A stretch of DNA of 64,000 bases from positions 64,001 through 128,000 of the forward strand of contig CAWJSR010000002.1 in NCBI GenBank assembly GCA_963845515.1. The letters run 5' to 3'. Positions 55,862 to 64,000 of the stretch are shown one piece after another (within the stretch, counting starts at the first letter, position 1; each line of letters opens with the position of its first letter). The stretch comes from an uncultured delta proteobacterium. Lineage in GTDB: Bacteria; Myxococcota; Myxococcia; Myxococcales; Anaeromyxobacteraceae. Under the pieces are notes generated by a model. That model saw only the letters and a program-made list of their open reading frames with translations, was not told the DNA's origin and made no database searches. Position numbers and translations under genes: made by a program.

Positions 55862-55921
55862 TCAGGCGCAGATGGCGAGAGCGGCGGCAGCCCGGAACCG
55901 GGTGCGCATCATCATCGCCAT
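55862..55921 (-). promoter_or_regulatory. Met-rich leader peptide (MAMMMRTRFRAAAALAICA) upstream of metG
   Basis: ATG GCG ATG ATG ATG...TGA, followed by hairpin CGGTCGCCC-TCT-GGGCGACCG before the metG RBS. Confidence 0.75.
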
Positions 55922-56397
55922 TCGCGTCTGGGACCCAGAGTGGATCACGACGTCAGGGTTGCACGGGGTGGCGCAGATCGTCAAGGCGGGCAGCCGTAGC
56001 GTTCTCGGCTTTCGCCCCGCCTCCGCGCCCGTGGCGCGGAGGCTAGCACGTCGGCCATGCGCGCCTGCAAGGCCCTCGGTACCGGCGCTCCCACTCGACG
56101 TGCACTAGCCTCAAGTTCCCCTCGAGAAGGACGAATGCGCCGAGCTTCGACCGTCTCGAGAGGCGGGGAGGTCCACGGAACGCAGGACCTGCCCAAGACG
56201 CCGACGTGGTTATGGGCAGTTTACTCGGCGACGCGAAAACCCCGGATATCCGAGTAAAGTCCCTATAGGTCCCCCTGCTGTTGCTCGACCACAGGGGTGC
56301 CGTTCACCGGCACGACGATGGCACGCCGTCGCGGCCTCGCTACATGGCGGAGCAACGTCTACGTCTGGGAGCAGAGGAATGCGCCTCCTGGAGCGCG

Positions 56398-57294
56398 CTA
56401 CGGCTTCGCCTCTTCCAGCGGGGATATTTCGAAACGATCAGGCCCAAGCTCGAGCTTGGCCTGGATGGAAAGAGCGGCTCTTGCCCCCATGTCCAGCGCT
56501 CCGTCCCATGCCCTCAGCGCGGACTCGAGCGCGACTACCTGCGCGTTTGAGACCTCAGGTGGGGACGAATGATTCAGCAGCGTCAGCCGCAAGGCGGTGG
56601 CCGCTCGCCCGAAGTTCCGCGCACAAACCCGCAGATTCGCCGCGTTCCAGTGAAGCGCGAGCTGGAATGGTCCCGTGGGGACTTCGTTCGTTTCATGCTC
56701 TCCAGGGCCAACGACCCAGTTCATCCCCGCCCTGGTGCAGACGATGTTCTCCCGATCGATCTCGACCCAGCGGCGGATCACGGCTCGCGTTCGCGCGGCT
56801 CGGTCCGAATCAGACAGTTCGTCGAGCGTCGCAGATACGATCGGCCTTCCCGTATGCACTGTCTGGGTGCATCCGTCCTCAGACACCTCGACATAGCACC
56901 CCTCCCCGCTCGCGGGACCGACGCAGATCCTCACTGCGCCGCCAAGCCCCTCCAAGGCTTCGTTCACCCTCCGCCAGGTTGAGTAGAGGTCGACCCGGGA
57001 CTCGTCGCGGTTCCCTACGGCCAGGAACATCGGGTTGTCCTGCTCCCTGATCCACTGTCGGCCGTACTCGGTCGCGAAGACCAGCGGCTTCGTGTCGCTC
57101 TTCGCCTGGACGGTGAACGACGGACCCGCCCAGACCATGCCGTCCTTCGGCTCCGCGAGAACACAAACGAAGTCGTGCCCCACGTCCTCCTGCCGGGGCA
57201 CTCGGGTCGTAAACGCAAGCACACTGAGCCAGAGCTCGACCAGGAGTTCCGTTCGATCGCCCTTCCGAAAGCTCTCTAGCCTGGCTCCTGGCAT
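56398..57294 (-). CDS. DUF4365-like PD-(D/E)xK nuclease-domain protein
   Basis: G..TE...RQEDVGHDF...FTVQAKS; AAGAGGG RBS. Confidence 0.6.
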   Translation of the reverse strand: MPGARLESFRKGDRTELLVELWLSVLAFTTRVPRQEDVGHDFVCVLAEPKDGMVWAGPSFTVQAKSDTKPLVFATEYGRQWIREQDNPMFLAVGNRDESRVDLYSTWRRVNEALEGLGGAVRICVGPASGEGCYVEVSEDGCTQTVHTGRPIVSATLDELSDSDRAARTRAVIRRWVEIDRENIVCTRAGMNWVVGPGEHETNEVPTGPFQLALHWNAANLRVCARNFGRAATALRLTLLNHSSPPEVSNAQVVALESALRAWDGALDMGARAALSIQAKLELGPDRFEISPLEEAKP

Positions 57295-57344
57295 GGTTCC
57301 CTCTTGGCGAAACGCGGACGGATCGTGACCGCGTTGGTGTCAGT

Positions 57345-57857
57345 TCATCGCCCTCTACGCGGAATGCCGAATCGATGCCCGGAAGCTGACTCTCGGCTCA
57401 TCACAGTCATCGGCGTCAGCTTCCGACCGAGAAGAACGAAGGCGCCAAGCTCCGACCGCCCCGAGAATCCCAGAGAAAGGATGGCGATGATCGGCCGGGT
57501 GTTTCGGGCCGGGGCGTATCCCGCGATCTGATCCGCTGCCGCCCGATCAAGCCCGCTGGGAGTTGCTGAGCCGAGAGGGTGAGTGTGCCAGTCGCCGAGA
57601 TACTCGAGCCCCAGCGCCGATGCCCAAGCGGACGCCAACTTCGTGGTCTGCCACTCGGTGTCTGGCGTGAAACGTCTCAAGCCGTGGCTGGCCCTGGGGC
57701 CGGGCCCGATGATGAGCGTCACGACCGCCTGTGACGCTGACGTCCAGCGTCCCACCAGGATCCCACCAGTCTCGCGCGGGAACGTGCGAGCTCCCTCAGA
57801 CCGCATCGCCTTTGAGCAGGCCTCCGGCACCGTGAGGGTCAGCGACATGTCGGACAT
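57345..57857 (-). CDS. JAB/Mov34 metallo-isopeptidase (Cap3-like)
   Basis: ETGGILVG, YLGDWHTHP..SATPSGLD (E..HxH..S..D); overlaps the E1 stop. Confidence 0.9.
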   Translation of the reverse strand: MSDMSLTLTVPEACSKAMRSEGARTFPRETGGILVGRWTSASQAVVTLIIGPGPRASHGLRRFTPDTEWQTTKLASAWASALGLEYLGDWHTHPLGSATPSGLDRAAADQIAGYAPARNTRPIIAILSLGFSGRSELGAFVLLGRKLTPMTVMSRESASGHRFGIPRRGR

Positions 57858-58350
57858 GTGCCGGACTTCGGCAACGCGTAGGACGTCCACGTCGGCGTGA
57901 GAAGCGCACCATCCGGCGCACGCATCTCCAGCACGAACACATCGTGCGCGAGCTGAGGGTAGGCCTTGGGTTCACCAGCGCATAGCATGCTCGCGGCCAG
58001 ACGCGCAGCCTGCGCCGCCAACGGCGCAAGCTCCAGCGAACTTCCCGTGTAGGTGCGGTCTCGGCACCCCCGGGGCTGAAGACGGACGCGCTCCGGAGAA
58101 CTAGCTGCTGGCGGCGGACGAATGCTTCCGCCAGCCTCCAGCGCCTTGAGCAGACAGTAGTGGCAGCCCGTTTGGCCTGGAATCACTCGCGCCACGACCC
58201 CGCCGTAGCCATCGATGCTCCAGACGTAGACCTGGGGGACGCCAAGCTCGGCACTCACGTCGGCGATCGCCCGGCTCACCTCGTAGACCTCAGCCGTTGC
58301 ATCGATCACCAGATCGGTCTGGGCTTGCCCCGATCCAGTGGACACCGAGG

Positions 58351-59228
58351 TTATGCCGCCAAGGCGCGTGAGCGCCAGTTGAACTCGGTCTCGTTGGGGC
58401 TGTTGTAGTCGTTCTTGGAGTGAAGCCTCCTCGCGTTGTAGTAGCCCTCGATGAAGGTGAACATCTCGTGCTGTCCGTCCGTTGCCGTTCTCCAGGCCGA
58501 GCCCGGCACCATCTCGAACTCGAGCGTGGAGAAGAAGCTCTCCGCCGGGGCGTTGTCCCAGCAGTTGCCCTTCCTGCTCATGCTCTGGACTGCCCCGGCC
58601 TGAGCGAGCAGCGCCCGGAAGCTCTTGGCCGCGAACTCGATACCCCGGTCGGAGTGGAACAGCAGGCCGGGCGCAGGGCAGCGCCTGGCCAGGGCCTTGT
58701 CGCAGGGCCTCACCCGACAGCTCCGCGTCGAGGTGGTCCCCCAGCTGCCAGCCGACGACCTTGCGCGAGAACAGGTCGATGATGACCACCAGGAAGATGA
58801 AGCCGCCGATCACCGGCAGGTAGGTGGTGTCGGCCACCCAGACCTTGTCGGGCGCATCGGCCGTGAAGTCGCGAGCGAGGAGGTTGGGCGCGATCGTCTC
58901 CCGATGGGCGGAATCGGTCGTGCTCCTCCAGCGACGCCGCTGGCGCGCAATCAGGCCTTGCCGAGCCAGCGAGCGGGCCACCCGCTTCCGGCTGCGTCTT
59001 GGTGCCTCTTCGGCGCATCTCCTTCTCCACGCGCGGCGCCCCGTAGCGTCCCTCCTCCTCGGCGAAGATGGCCGCGGCGGCAACGTCGAGCTTCTGTTGC
59101 TCAAGGTCGCGCTTGGACGGGCCGCGGATCTCGAAGGCATGGTTGCCGGAACGGGAGAGCCCGAGCGCCCTGCACATCAGCGCCTTCGGGTAGTTCGCCT
59201 TCTCTGCCACGATGAGCTCGAAGCTCAT
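58351..59228 (-). CDS. IS3 transposase OrfB (DDE), frameshifted
   Basis: RYGAPR, WVADTTY, DLFSRKVVGW, HSDRG, GNCWDNAPAESFF in shifting frames. Confidence 0.85.
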
Positions 59229-59521
59229 TTCCCGTCCCTGGCGAAGAAGGCTGCAGCTTTTTTTAGGAAGTCCCGCTCCTGCGTGACCGTCTTGAACTCG
59301 CGCCGCAGGCGCGTCAGCTCCGCGCGCTCCTCGCTGGTCAACGGGCCCGACGGGTCGCGCGTGGCGTCGATCTGGCCCTGCTTCACCCAGTTCCGCACCG
59401 CCGTCTCGGTGAGGTCCATCTCCTTCGCCACCTGCCCGATGCCCTTGCCGCTGGCACGGACCAACCCCACCACCTCGGCCTTGTACTCAGCCGTGAACTT
59501 CCGCCTCTTCCTCTTCGCCAT
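59225..59521 (-). CDS. IS3 transposase OrfA
   Basis: RRKFTAEYKAE, ETAVRNWV, ERDFLKKAAAFF; A7G slippery motif at 59257-59264. Confidence 0.9.
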   Translation of the reverse strand: MAKRKRRKFTAEYKAEVVGLVRASGKGIGQVAKEMDLTETAVRNWVKQGQIDATRDPSGPLTSEERAELTRLRREFKTVTQERDFLKKAAAFFARDGK

Positions 59522-60833
59522 GGATCCAGTCTCCAACACATCGGAGGTGTCCACGAGATCGGGGCAAGCTCAGTCCCGGAGAGCGCGGCGGCAATGCGAG
59601 GCGGCGTGACATCCGTTGGCGTCTCGCCTACCGCAAACCGGTGCTCGCTCACGCGGGTATAGGGGTACGTGCGTGCTAGTTCCGCCGCCACGTATGCCGT
59701 CTTCCAAGCTCCTGCGCCGTCGAATGCCGAGAGCCACCGCACGCCGCCCGCGGGATCGATGTAGTCGGGATCGGCAACCCTCAGATGGCCGATAAGCGCT
59801 CGCGCGAGTTCAAAGGCGACAGGAGACCCGAGCGCCCCAAGTCCGATGATCGCAGCCGTCTTAGTGGCGAGCGGCGACAGTTCAGGGATCCTCGCTGAGA
59901 GCTGGGTGAGGCTGAAGCGAAGGCCGCGGATCGACACGAGCCGCGTCCCAAGTGCGTGCTTCTGATTCGGGCGTCCCGCGAACATCCATGCATCCGCAAG
60001 GACGCCCTGCTGAACCTCCTCAGAAAGGAGCACAGCCGAGAAATCGAAGCGATCGAGGGACGTGCCAGCTAGCGCACGCGATGGCATCGCTGTTCTGAGT
60101 GAATGCCAGACCTTCTCCGACGTCGCTGCTGTTGGGGACTCGATTCGCGCCCACCGGGCGCGGTACCGGGGACCCTTGAAACGCCTCAACAGCGGTTCTT
60201 CAGCGGTCGCCAGGAGCGTTCCGCTGGGTCCGCGAACCTCGGCAAGAATTGCCTTTCCGAAGTCCGATGATGCATCGCCCTCTCGCTCTCGCAGCCGCCT
60301 TAGCCAGAGGCAGTCGTCTTCGAACCGAAGCTCAAGCTGGCCGCCAGAGATGGTCGGGTCGATGTGCAACGCCGACTCGGGGACGAGAATTCCACCGAGG
60401 TGTGGGAACGGCAGGAGACCGGTAAACGGCTCGCCCTGCGGATCTTCCACGGCCACCAGACTTGGACCTCCGGCCTCCACTAGCCGAACGAGACGTGGAA
60501 CCTCGGCTGCAACGAAGTCTGCAGCTCGGTAGCTGGGCCTCCAGAATTCCCGTCCCTGCGGGAGAAGGCAAAGATGGCCCCCGAACGGATTCTGGTGGCG
60601 CTGTAGCCGTAGGTCGGGCGCGAAGATATTGAACCGGGTGAGGGGAAACGTTTCGGGGTACACCACGATGATTCGCGTTTCCTCGCCGGCCCGAATGGCG
60701 ACCGAGCCGTTGAGGACGAGGCGTCCCGACTCCTTTGCTGCCTCGTCCTCAACGAACTTCAGGCCACGCGCCTCGAAGGCCTCCAACTCCTCTAGGTAGG
60801 TCTCCGGGCGCCGCTCCCACCACGGACGCACGG

Positions 60834-61352
60834 TTAGCCGACCGTTCGACCTGGCGGAGGTCTAGGCGGATCCGGGGGCCGATCGCCCTTTGGCGGATGC
60901 GCCGGATGGGCCTTTCCGGCGTTTTTGGCGGCTGCCTCGACCCACTCGCCGAAGCGGTCCTTGTCCCACACGTAGACCGGTGCGCCTGCCTTCGTTAGCG
61001 CATCCGGCACAGCACCCCGGGTCGCCGTCTGACCCTTCTGATCAGCAATCTGGTCGATGTAGATCCCGAGCAGCCCGTTGCCTTTGGCGATGCTCTGTTC
61101 GATCTCATAGGTGACGTACGTCCGCTGCGCAGTCTCGGCGCCGATGAGGACGACCGTCACGCTCGTCCCCTCGAGCGCGTCGTTGATCATCTTCTTGATC
61201 GCGGCATCGCCCTTCTTCTTCGCTTCTTCCCACAGCGAAGCGTCCTGGAACCCGGCCGCCGCAGCCCCCTCAACCACGTTCGAATTCCTGACGACATTCG
61301 TCCGCCAGATGTCCTTCTGGTAGTGGAAGCTAAAGAACACTCTCCGTGCCAT
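60834..61352 (-). CDS. thsB: TIR-domain protein (ThsB-like) with Pro-rich C-terminal tail ending in Gly
   Basis: RRVFFSFHY, SLWEEAK, SVTVVLIG.ET..R.YVTYEIE, GNGLLGI; GGGAGG RBS before ATG 61352. Confidence 0.88.
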   Translation of the reverse strand: MARRVFFSFHYQKDIWRTNVVRNSNVVEGAAAAGFQDASLWEEAKKKGDAAIKKMINDALEGTSVTVVLIGAETAQRTYVTYEIEQSIAKGNGLLGIYIDQIADQKGQTATRGAVPDALTKAGAPVYVWDKDRFGEWVEAAAKNAGKAHPAHPPKGDRPPDPPRPPPGRTVG

Positions 61353-61369
61353 CACACCCTCCCTTTCGT

Positions 61370-62811
61370 TCACTTCGGAGCTACCGCCTTCACAACCGAG
61401 AAGATCGCCTCCAGGAGCTGTTCGTTAGATGCCTTCGCGTCGTTCAGCTTCGCGAGCGGCTTCGCCACGGCCGCCGCATGCGCGCCGAAGTACCTTCGTG
61501 GATTCGACGTCACCTCGGTCCAAAGTGCAGCCGCGACGTGCCCGGTCGCGCCGACGGGGATCGGGTACGCGCGCCGGGCCACGGCGATCTCGAACTCCTC
61601 GCGCACGCCCTCGGCCGAAACGATCTTCGCTCCGGCGAGCTTGTTCCCCGAGAGGAAGACCGCGAACCCCGCCTTCGCGATCATCTCTTGGCGATACCGG
61701 GTCCACAGCGCCTTACGCGACCCCGACAGCGGATCGAGCTGAGGAAACGGGCGAAGCGTCGCCCGTTCGTCGAGATGCGATACCGGGGTGCGGTAGAGAG
61801 CTTCCATCGCGCCAACCGTCACGGCGCCACCAATGCCCAACCCTAGACCTGTGACGAGGTTGTACCCGCGACTCATGATCTCGGTGCCAAGTCGCCGAGC
61901 GAGGTCTTCGATTCGGTCCCTTCCCAACGGCCCGAAGTCCGCAGCGCTCCCAGAAATGAAGATGTTCCTCCGATCGACTCGCTCGTTAGCTCCCGGAGGA
62001 TCTCAGGGATCTCGTCGTAGTCCTCGACGAGATGGGTCTGAATCCCGTAGGTCTTCAGATCCTCGATCCGGAGGTCCTGCTTTCTCACGTCGTAGTCGTA
62101 TTGAGCCCGCGCTCGGCCACGTCCCTTGGTCTTCACTACGCGCCGCATGATGCAGAAGTGGTCGCGCCTGTTCTCCCCGAGCAGGCCGCGGATGCGCGCG
62201 AGGATGTAGTCGATGTTCGGGTCCGAGAAGCTGTACCCGAGAAAGAGGAAGGTCTTCGAGACAAGATCGCCCTGGAGTGCCACCGAGAACAGGTTCCGGT
62301 CGCGGTGATACGTCTCGTAGTCGCGCTTCGTGAGAACCGCATTGTCGGGTGCCGAGACATCCCCGTGCATCTTGTAGATGGTGACGTCGCGCTTCGGCAG
62401 CGTCGTCGCGAGGCTTTCAGGGCTCACCTTGACGTCGATCCGCTTGTGGGCCGCCCGGAACGCGTCCTCGAGAAGCGTGTCGTAGTTCGTGGTCCACACA
62501 GCTGCCACCGGCAGGGCGGCGATCAGGCGGTGGTTCTCCGTTACGACCGCGTCCCTGGTGAACTCCTCGATCAGCTTCTGGTTGATCGCGGCCCGCCCTC
62601 GCCTTTGGTTGACGTGGTACTGCGCCAGGGCGATGAGGTCGCTTTCCCGATCTACGTCAAGCCCGAGTTCCTCGGCGATGTCCCGGATGAGACCGCGCCA
62701 GTCCACGTAGCCCGCCGCTCGCGATAGCCCAGCACCGACGAAGAAGGCAGCCACCCCTTCATCGAGGGCCACCTGAACCGAATCCAAGAGGATCTTTCGC
62801 GACGTCGTCAC
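61370..62811 (-). CDS. thsA: SIR2 + SLOG/STALD protein (type I Thoeris ThsA-like); one base missing near 61987
   Basis: FVGAGLS, WTTNYD, KMHGD, FLGYSFSDPN; then IFISGS, VTGLGLGIG, RPFPQ, YRQEMI, GNK, GVREEF, PVGATG. Confidence 0.88.
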
Positions 62812-62824
62812 GGTAGCCTCGGAA

Positions 62825-63433
62825 TCACTTAGCCTTCTGAACTCGGCGATACGCCTTCTGGACCCAGGCGCCAAACTCCTCGCGATCCCATTCGTAGATC
62901 GGAGCGTTCGCACGCGCGAGTGCGTCCGGGATGTCGCCCGGCTCGTCGACTTGGCCGTCCTGGTTCGCAAGCCCGTGGATGCGAATCCCGATGAGCGCGT
63001 TTCCCTGCTCGACGCTTCGCTCGATCTCGTAGGTCACGTACTTCCGCGTGGCCGTTCTGCTTCCGATGAGGACAGCGGTCACGGTGGTGCCCTTCAGGCC
63101 CTTGTCGACTAGGCGTTTGATCGCCGGGTCGCCCTTCTTCTTCGCCTCTTCCCAGAGGCTTGCGTCGGACCAGCCCGCTGCAGCGCTCGCATCGACAACG
63201 CCTGCGTTGCGGATCTGGTTCACCCGCCAGATGTCCCGTTGGTAGTGGAAGGAGAAGAAGACCCTGCGCTTCGGCGCACTCGCCCGAACTCGACGCTTCT
63301 TCTCTTCGGGCTCCGGCGTGGGCGCTGGCGTCTCAGCGGGCGAAAGCGCGGACGCGACTCCAATACCGATCAACGCCAGGGCGCCGACCACAGCCGCGAT
63401 CACCCACCCTGGAATCCTTGCGAGGACTTTCAT
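62825..63433 (-). CDS. thsB: TIR-domain protein (ThsB-like) with N-terminal transmembrane helix
   Basis: WVIAAVVGALALIGIGVASAL, Pro linker, RRVFFSFHY...YVTYEIE. Confidence 0.85.
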   Translation of the reverse strand: MKVLARIPGWVIAAVVGALALIGIGVASALSPAETPAPTPEPEEKKRRVRASAPKRRVFFSFHYQRDIWRVNQIRNAGVVDASAAAGWSDASLWEEAKKKGDPAIKRLVDKGLKGTTVTAVLIGSRTATRKYVTYEIERSVEQGNALIGIRIHGLANQDGQVDEPGDIPDALARANAPIYEWDREEFGAWVQKAYRRVQKAK

Positions 63434-63658
63434 GTAGTGGCTAGCGCACTCGGCAGCTACGAGAATTCCACCGCGGCACTGCTCCCCCCCCGGTTCCTAG
63501 GCCTACCGCAGACCTCTGACAGGCGCGTCCGCGGAGCAGCGCTTCCACGCACGATCGACCCCGCGCAGGCCGATCGTGGTGCGCCCCGCTTCGCGGCTCG
63601 CGTTGTTGTGAGGGTCTAGTAGTAGGCTCTCAGAAAGCACCCGGGGGGATCCGCGGAG

Positions 63659-64000
63659 ATGTCCGACCTATCGTCACTTGAGAAGCGCAGGCTCGAGAAG
63701 CTCTTCGGCATGGCCAGCGGCTACGTGCTCGACTTCTCCAACCGCACCTTCGGCGAGTTCGTGACGGAGCACAGCGGCCGCAACGTCTACGCACCGGGCT
63801 ACGACGTCGCCGGCGGCTCCAAGGCCAACCTCCTTCGTCATTTCTGGCATGTGGAGCCCAACCACCTCGTCGGTCGCGTCATCGCCGCGCTGATCGACTT
63901 CGGCCTTGAGACGTCCGCCATTCGGCCGGGCGAAGCCGCCCTCGTCGAGGACTGTAGGCGCATTGCCGCGCGGCTCGGCCAGGCAAGCGCCGTCGTGGAC
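63659..64000 (+). CDS. Abortive-infection-family-like protein, N-terminal part (runs off right edge)
   Basis: Hand translation MSDLSSLEKRRLEKLFGMASGYVLDFSNRTF...GSKANLLRHFW; resembles the N-terminus of Abi-family proteins. Confidence 0.6.
   Translation, partial: MSDLSSLEKRRLEKLFGMASGYVLDFSNRTFGEFVTEHSGRNVYAPGYDVAGGSKANLLRHFWHVEPNHLVGRVIAALIDFGLETSAIRPGEAALVEDCRRIAARLGQASAVVD

Larger units (their letters stand above)
58320..59572 (-). mobile_element. IS3-family insertion sequence
   Basis: 27-bp IRs TG(G/A)GCTTGCCCCGATC..GTGGACACC with 3 mismatches; GTC duplicated at 58317-58319 and 59573-59575; orfA and orfB inside. Confidence 0.95.
57839..60831 (-). pseudogene. E2-E1(ThiF) fusion (Cap2-like), 578 aa when reconstructed, interrupted by IS3
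   Basis: E2: YPETFP...HQNPFGGHLCLL; E1: IIGLGALGS, ADPD, DLVIDATA, GCHYC, QPRGC, terminal CPTC; the halves rejoin in frame once the IS and one GTC are removed. Confidence 0.88.

Noticed and set aside
57839..59140. 433-aa ORF as a transposase-ThiF fusion
   Set aside because: Chimera from read-through of IS3 orfB sequence into the E1 C-terminal half.
57345..60831. Calling the locus type II CBASS or Pycsar
   Set aside because: No CD-NTase or cyclase ORF is visible; the gene in that position is a TIR. Such a gene beyond the window would not be in this operon.
57345..61352. Calling the locus a Bil/Ubl-type system
   Set aside because: No separate ubiquitin-like ORF is visible and the gene spacing leaves no room for one.
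63436..63475. CIRCE-like GCACTC upstream of the TM-TIR
   Set aside because: The second arm does not match GAGTGCTAA.

Overview
High-GC, Anaeromyxobacter/myxobacterial-looking DNA (taxon inferred from gene content and codon style) in two parts. Positions 1-46.8 kb are mostly core genes: ABC-2 permeases, hybrid kinases, gpsA, clpB, tag, truA, serC, apaG, a sigma54-controlled ric/hemerythrin unit, a futalosine menaquinone cluster with an MqnA-MqnC fusion, rmuC, prfA-prmC, two large Ig-repeat lipoproteins, murA-hisG, and tRNA-Gly(CCC). Downstream of the tRNA is an accessory island with an IS66, a tyrosine integrase module, XRE regulators, a metG preceded by a Met-rich leader peptide, and a defence locus. 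The main candidate novel system is that locus (minus strand, 63433 to 56398): TM-anchored TIR (ThsB-like), SIR2-SLOG/STALD (ThsA-like), a second TIR with a Pro-rich tail ending in Gly, an E2-E1(ThiF) fusion split by an IS3 element, a JAB peptidase, and a DUF4365-like nuclease. This looks like a type I Thoeris system coupled to CBASS Cap2/Cap3-like ubiquitin-type conjugation machinery, with no cyclase or Ubl gene visible, so the TIR itself may be the conjugated substrate (inference). Many single-base frameshifts, including in housekeeping genes, suggest assembly indels. All family calls are from motif recognition by eye; no database searches were run.
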